The notes: a model not told the origin generated them from the letters alone. A DNA stretch of 61,352 nucleotides, filler included, from Nemertoderma westbladi (GCA_032718475.1; 3 parts of 3 records of this genome joined end to end with filler, not necessarily neighbours in it), one strand, 5' to 3'; positions 47,112 through 60,281 are shown, counted from the whole stretch's first letter. Numbers and translations: made by a program.

Positions 47112-48652
47112 ATTGGTCTGTTCAACAGTTCTGCTGTTAGTATAGAGGTCGCGGTTGTTTATCATATCCAGCTACGAGCGGAGGAAAATCAGCTCGAGGA
47201 GAAGCATATCGAAATGGACGAGACACCGACCGTAAACCCAAACCTTTTAATGCAATCATATTGCACCCTTCACCCAGGAGTTATGGCCCTCCTAGTAAAG
47301 TGGCTTCCCCCAAAGAGAAAATGACTCTTGATAGCTTTAAAAAACTGCGTAAACGCCGTCCGCCCAAGAAAGACTAACTGTTTAGAGTATTTTTATATTT
47401 TAGAAACTGTGATTTTGTATATTTTATAGACTTAAATCCCATTTTCTGGGAGCGGTGTAAAAGCTTTTGTGGGATAACTGATTAGTTTGCCTTGTTGGCC
47501 AGTTCCCCCCCCCAGTCGCTAAGAATACTCTCAAAGTGATCTATAACTAAAAATAGTGCAAGTTACCAGCTTATTGGCTGATTTGCTATACGCAGGCATC
47601 TGGGCTCTGTTTAATCGGCCAACAAGCCTAGGGAGGTTGCGTCATAGCCTTATTTTTGTATCTCCCAATAGAATTTGAGTTAGCCTTGATTTTGACCAAT
47701 CACAGAGTACTGAACTGAAAATTTCCTATCTCACTGCTCTTTCTCTGTGTTGAACGGGAGCTTCGTGGAATAAGAGTGGTTGGTATACTCGTATAGAGCA
47801 GTAGTCACGAGTTTTTCAAAGCCACGAAAGAACGGCTTTTTAGTGTTTTGTGCTTTCTGCTTTTTAGCTCAACACTAGTAGGTTTAATTACAAGGACATA
47901 TATCCTTTAACTGACGAAACAAACACTCTGCAATTTCGTAATCACTGCATACTGCAGTACTGCATAACTGGCTTTGTGAATACTGCATACTGCTATTTGT
48001 TGTCGGTTATTCATTATATTTGTTGATGAATTATTATATTGGAATAACGAGAAATAACCCCGACACCCAATATTCTTGATATACCGAAGGTAAGAGAGAA
48101 AGGTTACAGATAAACGATTGTGACTTATGTTAAAGTGGTTTGAAGTGAATCTAATGTTATTTGATAGACCCTACATGAGTCAGTCTGTGTTCCTTTTATA
48201 TGTGACTAAAATCAGTGAAGATCGGCAGATTAGTGTGCAGTATTGTGCAGCATTGTGTATGAGTGAGTCTGTTAAAGAAGCATTCCTAAAGAATGCGCCA
48301 TATATGTGAATTATAATTAAGCCATATCGTTGTGAGTAGTTTAAGTCATAACTCTGTTTATGTAGATAAAGCGCCACGTCCTAAAGGAACTGTTAATATT
48401 ACCGAAGGTGAATAATATTGTCAGAGATTATATAATACTGTCAGTCGAATAATACATTAGGCTTACATAGCAACAAAATTAAACCGTCGAACCCAATCTC
48501 CCGGGAATATCCAGCGGGTGAATGGTCGCGCACGGATTGGTTTCGACTAGTGTAGTGAATCAAATACTTGTCATAGGCTAAAAAGCGATTTAATATCTAG
48601 AAGACATCTTAATTTGGCGGGTTAAACTGCCAAAGGTCTAAAAGCGCGAACA
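47112..48652 (+). mobile_element. BEL/Pao family copy 3 (3' internal end, PPT and 3' LTR 47456-48652)
   Basis: 47250-47455 near-identical to 18828-19032; TGTAAAAGC...GCGCGAACA LTR. Confidence 0.92.
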
Positions 48653-49570
48653 ATTTTCATTGATGATACTAAACTCTACAGGGACATACACAACGCAACT
48701 GACATACAGGCCTTACAGACTGATCTTGATAGACTAGTTGAATGGTGTAACCACTGGAAATTGCAGTTCAATGATTCCAAGTGCAAGGTTATGCATCTAG
48801 GTTCAAGAAATCCCAAAGTTACTTGTACAATGAATGGACAGTCACTTTCAACAGTAACCGAGGAAAATGATTCCAAGTGCAAGGTAATGCATCTAGGTTC
48901 AAGAGTATGGAGACTAGACAGTCACTTTCAACAGTATCTGAGGAACATGATTTGGGTATAACATTCACATCAGACATGTCCTTCACAACTCAATGCTCAC
49001 AGACAGCAGCCCGCGCCATGCGAGTCATCCATCTAATACTGTACGTAGAACTTTTACCTTTTTAGAAGCTCTAATGTTCACCCTGTTGTACAAATCCCTT
49101 GTACGACCTCTCCTCGAATATAGTACCTACAGTAGTCTGGTCGCCGTACCTTCAGCGTGATATTCACACCCTTGAACAAGTGCAACACCGTACCACTCGC
49201 CTTGTCCCTTCTCTGACTGACCTGACTTATGAAAACCGACTTAGGACAATCAAATTACCAACATTAATATATCGACATGTACGAGCAGACCTTATAACAA
49301 CATACAAGTTTATTCACAGGATTGACAATATCGAACGAAGTAATTTCTTTCTCAATTTCGTACTGAACTTCACCAGTACTCAACACGGGGATCCTCCTTG
49401 GCACTGTATAAACGATCGAACTGTAGGACTCAAAGAAGATGCAACAACTTCGCGGACAGGGTGGTCAACATTTGGAACCTTTTACTGGACTGTGTTGTAA
49501 ATGCACGTAATGCCCTTGGTATTCCATGTTTGAATGCGTTCAAAATCAAAAATAGACTAGACTGAAATGT
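48653..49570 (+). pseudogene. CR1-type LINE RT C-terminal fragment
   Basis: DDTKLY, LQTDLDRL, QFNDSKCKVMHLG, WSPYLQRDIHTLEQVQHRTTRLVP; internal ~95-bp duplication. Confidence 0.88.
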
Positions 49571-50497
49571 CCCGTAAAATGAATATATACAGCGACACTC
49601 CTGTGCGCCAAGTGGCAGTAGCAAACTTTATCCTTCAAAGATATCTTTATTAGACACTTCGGTTAAATCTTTATATATATTTCCCTTTTTTTATTTAATT
49701 TAATATTAATACCCCCTGTATATTTTATTTATGTTCCTTGTTAGTCTGTATAGTCCGTATTGGCAGCCTATAATTATTTTTGAGAACATTACTTACAAAT
49801 ATTTTTAGCTATATTTTTAGTATTTTCACATATTTTAATGTAATTATATTTGAGATCATTGTTATTTGTAATTATTTTAAGCTATTCTGTATTGACGTAA
49901 TTATATTTGAGAACATTAATTGTAATTATTTGTAGCTACTGTACCTAATATCTCTACACAACATTATTTGAAATTGTTTTTGAAAACCGTTATTATTTTG
50001 TAAGTAAGACAAACATATTGTAAATATACCCTTTTTTTAGCAACTACTTTACAGTATGTAAATGTCAGCTATGTATATTTTATTCTTATTTTAAAATTAC
50101 CTAGTCGGTTTTACTTATTTTTACATAGAGGGGGGGGGGGGGGGGGGGGGGGTAGCTACCCCAAATATATCTTTTCATTACAATTGATTTTATTATGTAC
50201 GTACTGTAAACTTGCCATTTTACATTCACTTTATAAATACTGTAGGTCTAAATACTATTCGTATATTTTTAATTATTACAATGTGATATTTTTATCTTCA
50301 TATGCGCTGATTAGCGTACTTTTGCCAGATATGTGTGTATGCAGTATCTCTAAATTTAAAGGTGCAATCATGAACTTATTGTTACTCTGGCGTCATTAAT
50401 AACATAACATAACAAATATGTTGGACAATCCATATACATTGTTTGGTGTATTTGTTATTGTTTTTACATAGGCCTCTAATGTATAAATAAATCTGAA

Positions 50498-50605
50498 AAG
50501 GAGGGTCGACGACTTCCAGTACCTAGGATCATGGATAGAGAGTAGCAAAAATGACATAGAAGTTAGGAAAGCAAAGGCTTGGGTAGCTCTATCAAAAATG
50601 GATAC
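50498..50605 (+). pseudogene. Short RTE-type RT fragment
   Basis: VDDFQYLGSWIESSKNDIEVRKAKAWVAL, homologous to the LINE's VDDFCYLGSWI..RKGKAWAAL. Confidence 0.75.
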
Positions 50606-53540
50606 TGTTATGGGCCACTTATCTACTGTATATTTGGATATGCCCCACTCGTATAATATGTTTATTACTTATTCATCACAGACTTAATGGTTTTAGGTGT
50701 GTTGTTCAGCTGGTGATTTGGAGAGTGCCATTTGATTTAAGTACCAGTGTTGGGGGCGGATAAAGTATCTTGTTTATTTGATTAATAGAGAGATAATTAT
50801 GTAAACTTTATTAGTTGTTAATTTGCCCGGTAGAACATTGGCGACGAGGATGTCGAGTCCAAAAATATATTTAAATAATATTTGTTAATTAATTTTGTTA
50901 CTGTATAATAATATTTTATTACTATAATAATTTATTATGCATCTTGCCCTGGAATGTTTATCTATTGATTATTTGCAGGAAATTTGCCAACAATACAAAC
51001 TGCTTTATACTGGCAAAACTAAACCGGAGATTATTGATGTCATTCAACAATTTATGGTCGAGCATGGTTTAGGGCTCGATGTCTTATTGGGTCTTGTTCA
51101 AGCCTCAAATGTTTCGGATGTCCCGATGGCGCCATCTCCGAATTTACCTCTAAATCTAAATCAGCCAGCAGCTTTTGATATGCATGAGTCTGGTCATGAT
51201 CGTCGCTGGGAGGCGTACTGAAGGGATTTTGATACATACCTTCAGGCATTAGGTCCATCAATTATTGACGCACAGAAGAGGGCTCTGTTTTTGCATTGTG
51301 CAGGTCCAGATCTGGCAAGATCGGTGGAAACCATGGTCATTTCTGAGCAAGCTGATGAATCAAGCTATGATTCTTTGATATGCCACATTGGGCTCAAATT
51401 TAGACCTATTGATTCTAAATTGTTTGAAATATATCGGCTGGGAGAAATGTCACAAGAGCAAGCAGAGTCCACTGGTGATTACGTAATGCGACTCAGGAAA
51501 CAAGCGAAATTTTGCAAGCTAACATGCAGCAATTGTTCTGCAACAATGGAAGATGATCGTCTATTAGACATATTGCTCCGCCATACAATGATACCATTAT
51601 TGCGTACACGTGTATTTGAAAGACGTCTTGATAAGCTAGATACCGTTTGGGCCTTGGATAGAGCCATGGAAGTAGCCAAACGGCAATCCGAAGCAATGAA
51701 TGGGACTTCACCATCAGATGTCAATACGAGCAAGCTTTTTGACAACAAAAGAGCACCAGCATTAGCTAAAGATAGACCAGCAGGGCAACATGAGCAGCCA
51801 ATAAAATGTAAATTTTGTGGCGGTTTTCATCGGCTAAGTCGAGAGGTTTGTCCGCATTTGGCAAGCATTGTGGTTTTTGCAAAGGGGGGAATCATTTCGC
51901 ACGATGCTGGCCAGCAAGATTCAACAACTTCGCCCCTAGAAACTCCACTTAGGTTCCTCGAAGGCGGGCCTTCACAATCGCAGCCGTCCACCAATATGAT
52001 TGGTCACGAGAATGTTGTTCTGGGAGAAGATTTTGCAAACGACACTGATTGCTCATATTCATTCCTTGTAAAAGGGAGGTTGCAAATTTTTGGTACCTTA
52101 GTAATTGAAGAAACACCTAGAAAATTGCTGTTAGATTCAGGGGCATCTAGGAACATAATTCCGATTTCATATTTACCTGGTCGATATCAGTTGTCGAAAA
52201 CAGCAGCATTGTGTGTGTTTGGTAAATCGACTGTAATCCCACTTGGGGCAGCAAATTTGTCAGTTTGTCTTCCGGGACATAAGGAAGTTTCTCGTGAATT
52301 CATTATAGTTCAAGACAATATTGGTCCTCCAATCCTTGGACTTCAGTTATGTGTAGAGTTTAACTTTATTTCTCTGAATCCAGATACAGTTCATGCAGTA
52401 GAACCGATAACCAAAACACCCTGGAATAATTTAATTGACTTGGTCAATGCATATTCCGATATTTTTTCACCCAAAATAGGGAAAGTGAAAGGGTTTCAAG
52501 CTCATATTTACCTAAAACGTGACGCGAAGCCAGTGTATAGGAAAGCGAGACATGTGCGCTTAGTGCTACAGTCGAAGGTTAAGGACATATTGGAAGACAT
52601 GGTAAAACGGGGTACACTTAAGCCAGTGGCCAAATCAGACTGGGCATCACCAATGGTTACAGTTGCTAAGCCAGGTGGTGAGGTAAGACTTTGTGCAGAC
52701 TACAAAGGCACGGTTGATGGACAAATTGACACAGAAGCATATTCCCTTCCACTATTTGATGATATATTCGCAAAATTGGCAAATAAAAAATTATTCACGA
52801 AATTGGATATGCGGACTAGTTACGAACAATTCGAACTAGATGTGACCTCCAAGGAAATTCTTACAGTTAACACAACAAAAGGTCTCATGCAATACCAACG
52901 ATTACCCTACGGAATATCCTCAGCCTCTGGCATAGTTCAAAGAGAAATGTACATCTGTAGAAGATATTGTCAGGAATAGATAATGCAGATGTTATAATCG
53001 ATGACATTCTATTATATTCAGAAGATTTAGAGTCTCATCTGAAGTTAGTGGAAAATGTTTTCTCCCGGCTTCGTGACGCAGGTATAAAACTTAAGAAGGA
53101 AAAGTGCATATTTGCTTTAGATTCTGTGAAATATTTAGGATTCATAATCTCAACGGAAGGCAGATCAGTCGATCCGGAGTGCATTTGAGCTATAGTTGAT
53201 ATGGTAGAGCCAGGTAATCTCAAGAGCTTACAAAGTTTTCTAGGCATGGTGAAATTTTACTCCACATTCGTTGAAAACCTCTCTTCCCTGGCACAACCAT
53301 TGTATTTGTTATTAAGGAAGAACGCTGAATGGTTGTGGTCAACTGTCCAGCAAAAAGCTTTCCAGGATATAAAGAACGTGCTAATGGCAGCACCTGTCCT
53401 AACACATTACCACTCTGACAAAATCCTGGTTTTATCATGTGACGCTAGCAACAAAGGTCTAGGAGCAGTTCTCTCACATAGAGTAGACAACAAAGAATAT
53501 CCAATCGCTTATGGTTCAGGGACATTAACCAAAGCAGCAT
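50606..53540 (+). mobile_element. Degenerate, 3'-truncated Ty3/Gypsy (Mag-like) element
   Basis: Putative LTR 50606-50837 (TGT..ACA), PBS TGGCGACGAGGAT (tRNA-Ser GCT type), gag, LLDSGAS protease, RT (WASP, ADYK, PYGISSA, IIDD), RNase H start CDAS; stops and frameshifts. Confidence 0.9.
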
Positions 53541-53850
53541 CCCGGGGCTGGGGGACACCGGCTATCACTCACCCTGGACTGGTCCTGCATTGTTTATTTG
53601 ACATAAGGTAGCGGCAGCCACACTCTTTTTAAATCACTTAGCTTTTTAAGTAGACCTACCTGTCTTCAGTCTGCATGTGTGTTGTGCACTTCTTACTGCT
53701 GTACTGGTCCGCAATGCCTAATCTCTAAAATCACATACGGATTATTCTCCATACAGCCATAGGAATCCATTACATACGGCACATATGCGTATGTACATAC
53801 GGATACGGCAAATGCATACGGATACGGATACGGCGAAAAGTTATACCCCA
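53538..53850. repeat. Uninterrupted copy of the dispersed ~310-bp repeat
   Basis: Reverse complement of 32600-32870 joined to ~35725-35745. Confidence 0.85.
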
Positions 53851-54287
53851 GAATTGTGGGGTTAGGCTGTTAGGCCACGCAACCCTACTATACTATAACT
53901 ATACTGCTATAACAGTATAAGTTATGCTGTTATACCTGATAAAGCTACATACTGACAGATTACTGGATTAGGGGTAGGCCTAATGTCTGACTCTGAAAGT
54001 TTTTATAATATATCTTACAGTGACCGAGTGATACAGTCTTATTCACTTAACACTTTGCACTTAACACTTAATACTTAACTGCTTTGTAACAGCTTTTAAC
54101 TGTAGTACAGTAGTAGTAGTAGTAGTTAGTAGTTGTATAAATAAATCTATCTATCTACTAGGCCTATCTGACTATGGTCAGATGTGATGGTCAAGGTAAT
54201 CTTGTAGGTTCCTATTCTATTCAGCTATTCTAATCAGCTAAAACAGTAATAGTTCAGTCAGTCCACAGTCAGTAGGCTGGTAGGTAG

Positions 54288-56874
54288 CAGGCCCGTAGCC
54301 AGTAGCCTATAAGGCTAAGGTAGGCGCCGCCTAGGCCTACCCAAACGTGGGTCTCGCCTACCCAATTTTTGGAAGAAATTTTACTGCATTAGTAATAATT
54401 TTACATTTTTACACAACCATTTTTTGGTTCCACGCGCCTTCTTCAGTTCTTTAACCCTCCCCCGGTAACGTGGGGTAAAATAATACCCCAAGGGGATTAC
54501 TTTTGATATTTTTCGACAATCTCTCATATTATGTATGTCCAACTTCATAGTATCTTCCAAAAAACTTGTAATCTAACGATTGTGTGGGTCAAACCCATAA
54601 AATTTTGTTTATGAAAAATGTTATGGGCCCTTAATTTGAAAACAACTTAGTTAGGTAAGACAGTAAGATGGGGTATAAAAATACCCCATAACGTTATGGT
54701 GCTCGTTTAGCAGCGTTTAGTGGTGCTTTGTGACTCATTTTGGTTTCATTGGAACCACAATCAGACAATGGTCGATTTAGTTGTACTAGACAGCTAGAGG
54801 CATGTTTTAACTTTGACTTTTAAGACCAAATTATCAGTAGGCCTATCTGCCTATTATGTTTATGTAGCTACTGTCAGACTGTATTGTGTATGGCCTGTAT
54901 TTCACAAGCCAAGACTTCGGCCTAATCGCGATGTGATAGATTGCTAAGTAGGCTATACTGCTATATGTGAATAATTCTTATTGTAGGCTTTCTTAGACAT
55001 TAGAGGTGTTCTGGCCTTTTGGGTCTCATTTTGGGTTCATTGAAACTGCAATGTATAATTTAGTTCGACAATAATCACATTTTATGACCAAATCATCAGT
55101 ACTTTTGCAGTCATGGTGTATATTTTTTCATATTACAATTCAAGATCTTGTGCTATTGCGAGGTGATATATCTGTATATGTATACTGTACTGATATATAT
55201 CACTTTATTGATGATTGACTTTTAGTGGTGGTATTTGACTCATTTTACTGTTTTATGCTTATTGGAACTGCAATGGTATATTTCAGGGTGTACTTGACCC
55301 ATAACACCACTAAAAAACCTAAAATGAGAAACACTCTATGATAGTATCTTGTTGCAAAACGCCCCATCGCGAGCGACGTTAACGATGATCGTGATTGTAG
55401 TGGGATAACTTTTGTGGCATTGAGCGTTGGGTAGACTTCAACCAAATTGAAAAAAAAATTCCCAACTTATTTTTTCACCATTTGGCAAATTCTGGGAGGG
55501 GGATTGCAAGTGTTTTTCTGTTTAATGTTAGGCCTACTTAAAATGTCTTATCAATTTGGGGTATAAAAATACCCCATGTTACCGGTGAAGGATAATTTTT
55601 TACCATATGCCATACCGGCTGACCGGGGGAGGGTTAAACATTAGCCTTGTAGTAATCAAACACCGGTACATATAATTGGAAAATAAGCTGCAAAGCTTTA
55701 GGTGTTAGGGGTAATCCTATATGTTATGTTGGACAATACCTTTATACCAGTACATTGTTTGGTGTATTTGTTATTGTTTTTACATAATGTATAAAATAAA
55801 TCTATATTTCACTCAGATTGTAAGTTACTTTCATTTTAATAATACATTCAGTAGGCCAACACTGTTTCTACTACTACAGTATAGTAGGTACTGGTCCTGT
55901 ACAGCTGTAAGGTACGCAGCAAACTTCCCCCGTGTCCAATCTTCGCCTGGAGCAATCTTCGCCCACTAAACAATGATTGTTTTAGTGAGAAAAAGCCGTC
56001 TCTGTAACCTTCTCCTTTCCTTCAATTGGTAACAACATCGGTTATTGTTTTTGTTAGAAAAAGCCGTCTCTGTAACCTGCTCCTTTCCCTCAATCTGTCA
56101 ATTGGTAACTAAAATGGTTTCTAACACAAATCTTATCTGCTTATTGGGCGAAGGTTACTCGCGGGCGAAGATTGCCTTGCGGGTGAAGGTTGGACTCGGA
56201 CGAAGATAGGACACGGGCGAACGTTGCACCCAACCATCATGTAATGGTACATACAGTATTTTGCTCAGAATAGAATCTGCTTATGATGTAGTAGATACTC
56301 TAGGTATCTGTTGAGTGTGTTCTCAAGTGTGTTGTCAAGGGATGTTTATCTGCAACTCTCCCTCGCCTTTTTAGGTCCACATAGCAAGACCATGCGACGT
56401 AGATATTCACTCTGTTGTTGGTGTTATGGTGTTCTTGTTTTTAATTTCCAGTTGGTTTTAGTTTTATAAAAGTTTAGTTTAGTTTAGAAAATTTTAGCTT
56501 CATACGGCGCAGTGGCGAAGTTGGTAGAGCGTTGGATTTGGAATCTATACATACCGAGTTCTATTTGGACTTTCCGGTGATTTTTTTTGGTAGTAAGATT
56601 GGTAATAAGCCATTCAAGGAGACAGTTCATGCGTTAGTAGACTGGTCTGCTAGTAGACGCGGACCTGCGCGATTTCGCGCTTGTTAATGTTGTGCTTTGT
56701 ATACAATTGATGAACTGATGGCGGACTCCATGTAGGTAGACTCTACTGTAGTTTTGCTTTCTACCTACTGTATAAAATTAAATCTATTATAAAATTTATC
56801 CAAATTAACATTTGCGCCTGCCTACCCTGATATCGCCTCGCCTACCCAACTAAAAAATCCTGGCTACGGGCCTG
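54288..56874. mobile_element. Non-autonomous hAT element with nested inserts
   Basis: 15-bp TIR CAGGCCCGTAGCCAG/CTGGCTACGGGCCTG; 8-bp TSD GTAGGTAG (54280-54287, 56875-56882). Confidence 0.9.
54455..55633. mobile_element. Non-autonomous piggyBac element
   Basis: TTAA on both sides; TIR CCCTCCCCCGGT/ACCGGGGGAGGG; subterminal palindromes GGGGTA...TACCCC. Confidence 0.9.
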
Positions 56875-56983
56875 GTAGGTAGACCTAGTTCTCCTTGTAC
56901 AGTTGTAATGCTGTAATGTAATGCTGTCAGACTGTAATAGTCTGATAGACCTGTAGTCCTAGATTCTAGTCAAATACAGAAAT

Positions 56984-58921
56984 ATGCTCACAGCATTAAA
57001 GAAATTGGTAAAGACTGAGTCGGAAGGGGGTGTTGTAAGAGTCCCCGATGGGATTCGGTCAATGGGACACAATCTCCAGCGAAAGTTCGCCAAAGGAGTT
57101 CAATACAACATGAAAGTGATCATCAAAGGCGACAGAAACTCTGGTAAAACCTGTTTGTTCCATAGACTGCAAGGCGGTCGATTCAGCGAGGCTTACGAAG
57201 CAACCAACGAGATACAAGCTGGAGGGATCCAATGGGATTACAAGGCCACGGACGATGTAGTTAAAGTCGATGTTTGGGATGTAGTGGACAAGGGAAAGGG
57301 GAAGAAGAAGACCGATAATAAACTGAAACTCCTTAATGAGGAAACAGTGGAAGAGAATGTTGGAAAGGATGAAGGTGATCATTGTCTGGATGCGGAGTTC
57401 CTCGATGTTTATAAGGGTACCAACGGCGTCCTAATGATATTCGATATAACTAAACAATGGACCTTCGAGTACATAAAGCGGGAGCTACCAAGAGTTCCTA
57501 AACACATCCCGGTTCTTATTCTGGGTAACTGCAGAGACTTGGAGGAGAGCCGAGTCGTAAAGGAGTTCGACGTCCGTGTCTTTCTGGAGACGTTCGAGCG
57601 ATCTAAAGGCGCCGCCCCCGTTCTCTACACCGAGTCCTCCATGCGGAACGGGTTCGGGTTGAAGTATCTGTATAAGTTCCTCAACCTTCCGTTCCTTCAG
57701 CTGCAGCGGGAAACTCTGGTCAGACAACTGGAAACCAACACCGCGGAGATTCAGTCCACCATGACGGAACTCAGCACGTTGGGGGGCTGCGAGGAACAAA
57801 ACTACGATATGTATCTGGAAACGCTGCGAAACAGACGAGTTAGCCGACAGGCGGACAAACCGACTGACAAACCGACTGACAAACCGACCGACAAACAGGT
57901 GGACAGAGCGACGGAGGCCGTCCCGTCCGAGTCGATCCCGGCCCCCTCGACCCCCCGACGAGGGCCCCCCTCCCCCGGGATCGTCGATCAGCCCCCCGGA
58001 TCCGAGTTCCGTCGCCGATCGTTGGGCCAGCGACTCACCCGGTGGATCAGCAAGGATGGCGACACTGAACCGACACGTAGGAGACCGTCGGACAGACAGA
58101 CCGACACCGCGGCCGACGATAACATCGACACTTTCCTGTCGGCGTCGCCTCCGACAACCCCGCAGCCGGGCAGACAGACTGACCGACAAACGGACAGCGA
58201 TTCCGACGACCCGACCGCTATTAACCCCATGGTGGCGACTTTCTACGAAGACTTTGATTCCGATATGGAGATTAAAATACCCGCGGAAGCCCATCTAACG
58301 GACACCCACCGCCCTGCCCTGCTGATAGACTCAGACGACCCGCCGGTCTCCAACCGTTTGGTCCCGGTCCGTAACGATGCGCCCTCTAGCGACGACTCGG
58401 ACCCCCCGACCCGCCACATCCCACTGGCTCCCGTACCGGACAGTAACTCTCACAGACTGTCGGAGTACGAACTCCCAGAGGCGGAGCAACGTGCGAGCCA
58501 ATCAGCGTCTAGTAAACACGCGGTCCCAGCCAATCAGGAACTCGTGTTGGACTTTGCTGATCTCGACTTTCTTGAGGCGAAGGCGGGTCTAACTAAGTCG
58601 GATGTCCGACAGTCCGACAGCAGACAGGAACCGTCTGGATCCGCAGCCGACGAAGTGTCGGTAACAAAAAAGGTAAAGAAAAAATCGAGAAGTTCTATAG
58701 ATACGGACGGTGAGAAAAAGAAACATCGTAAGAAACACAGAGAGGTGGAGAGAGTTGAGGATGAGTCGGAGAAAGGCGAGAGGAGGAAAAGGGACGTCAA
58801 TAAAAAGTCGCACAGAAAGAAAAAACCTCCTGGGGAAACCGCGGTAAAACCTGAGAAAGTACCGGAAGTAGATGACCTGGAGTCATTCCTCACTGGAGTT
58901 AATGATTACGAGACGTTGTAG
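56984..58921 (+). CDS. RABL6: Rab-like protein 6 (RBEL1/PARF)
   Basis: LQRKFAKGVQYNMKVIIKGDRNSGKTCL, KATDDVVKVDVWDVVDKG, LDAEFLDVYK, NPMVA, Lys-rich tail ending DYETL; single exon. Confidence 0.96.
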   Translation: MLTALKKLVKTESEGGVVRVPDGIRSMGHNLQRKFAKGVQYNMKVIIKGDRNSGKTCLFHRLQGGRFSEAYEATNEIQAGGIQWDYKATDDVVKVDVWDVVDKGKGKKKTDNKLKLLNEETVEENVGKDEGDHCLDAEFLDVYKGTNGVLMIFDITKQWTFEYIKRELPRVPKHIPVLILGNCRDLEESRVVKEFDVRVFLETFERSKGAAPVLYTESSMRNGFGLKYLYKFLNLPFLQLQRETLVRQLETNTAEIQSTMTELSTLGGCEEQNYDMYLETLRNRRVSRQADKPTDKPTDKPTDKQVDRATEAVPSESIPAPSTPRRGPPSPGIVDQPPGSEFRRRSLGQRLTRWISKDGDTEPTRRRPSDRQTDTAADDNIDTFLSASPPTTPQPGRQTDRQTDSDSDDPTAINPMVATFYEDFDSDMEIKIPAEAHLTDTHRPALLIDSDDPPVSNRLVPVRNDAPSSDDSDPPTRHIPLAPVPDSNSHRLSEYELPEAEQRASQSASSKHAVPANQELVLDFADLDFLEAKAGLTKSDVRQSDSRQEPSGSAADEVSVTKKVKKKSRSSIDTDGEKKKHRKKHREVERVEDESEKGERRKRDVNKKSHRKKKPPGETAVKPEKVPEVDDLESFLTGVNDYETL

Positions 58922-59629
58922 ATGTTTATCCTGCCAACCGCGTTGTTTAGATTTGGTGTCAACAATTTGTTTGTTAGTACCGGTAGCATAAAATAGTGTT
59001 GGGACTCTTAGAGTTCGAATTGTTATGCAGTATTTACTTAGTAATTCACCATGTCCTACAATATTTTAGTTTAATTCAAGTGACCCCCCCCCCCCCCCCC
59101 CCCCCTTTAATACTATAATACTAATTTTATTACGATCTTTAACATTTTTTTTTTTTCGGAAACCAGTGTTCAATTAATTTCGAGAGTAATTATTATTATT
59201 TAAACATATACCAAAAAATTATTGCTATTAACATTTTGATAGTCTCATGTAGAAACTCTAGTTCTTATGAAATATATTTACATATTTGGAATGTTTGCCA
59301 ATAACAGACAAACACACCTATATATTAGAGTGACACCAAAAATTACGAATATTAAACATTTATTCTCTCACCCCCTAGATGTATTTATAACATGTTATTG
59401 TGTTAGAGTCAACCACTACAAGTTACTGCCAAAGTGCCTTACCCATCGCTCAGTTATCGCAATACATTGAACCCATTCTACGTCGTATCTCATTTTGTAA
59501 ATCGTACAGACCTCATTGTCAGATTGTCTCATTTAAATCTCTAAAATCGTTTTATTGGGGTGGTAGACATCACCGTCGGCAATGAGTAGTGTTATCAGTT
59601 CTCGAGATATGGTGAAGGGGTCCCAAGCA

Positions 59630-60281
59630 CTGACAGCACCCAGTTACTAATCCAGCCGGCTGTACTTTCTGACAGCGCCCAGTTACTAATCCAGCCGGCT
59701 GTACTTTCTGACAGCACCCAGTTACTAATCGACCCGGCTGTACTTTCTGACAGCACCCAGTTACTAATCGACCCGGCTGTACTTTCTGGCAGCACCCAGT
59801 TACTAATCCACCCGGCTGTACTTTCTGACAGCACCCAGTTACTAATCCACCCGGATGTACTTTCTGACAGCACCCAGTTACTAATCGACCCGGCTGTACT
59901 TTCTGACAGCACCCAGTTACTAATCAACCCGGCTGTACTTTCTGACAGCACCCAGTTACTAATCCACCCGGATGTACTTTCTGACAGCACCCAGTTACTA
60001 ATCGACCCGGCTGTACTTTCTGACAGCACCCAGTTACTAATCGACCCGGCTGTACTTTCTGACAGCACCCAGTTACTAATCAACCCGGCTGTACTTTCTG
60101 ACAGCACCCAGTTACTAATCCACCCGGTTGTACTTTCTGACAGCACCCAGTTACTAATCCACCCGGCTGTACTTTCTGACAGCACCCAGTTACTAATCGA
60201 CCCGGCTGTACTTTCTGACAGCACCCAGTTACAATCCACCCGGCTGTACTTTCTGACAGCACCCAGTTACTAATCGACCCG
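59630..60281. repeat. 39-bp minisatellite, ~16-17 copies
   Basis: ctgacagcacccagttactaatc(g/c/a)acccggctgtacttt. Confidence 0.95.

Noticed and set aside
28408-48652. Copy 2 and copy 3 LTRs as two ends of one element or a giant inverted repeat
   Set aside because: 5' halves differ, flanks give no shared TSD (CAAGC vs ATTTT) and a gap separates them
56505-56565. tRNA-like sequence
   Set aside because: A-box-like start but broken B box and no cloverleaf; probably a decayed SINE head
57059-58893. Antisense ORFs over RABL6 (likewise over gag and the LINE)
   Set aside because: Shadow frames of genuine coding sequence
59630-60281. CRISPR-like periodicity
   Set aside because: Units are contiguous with no unique spacers; no cas genes; eukaryotic context
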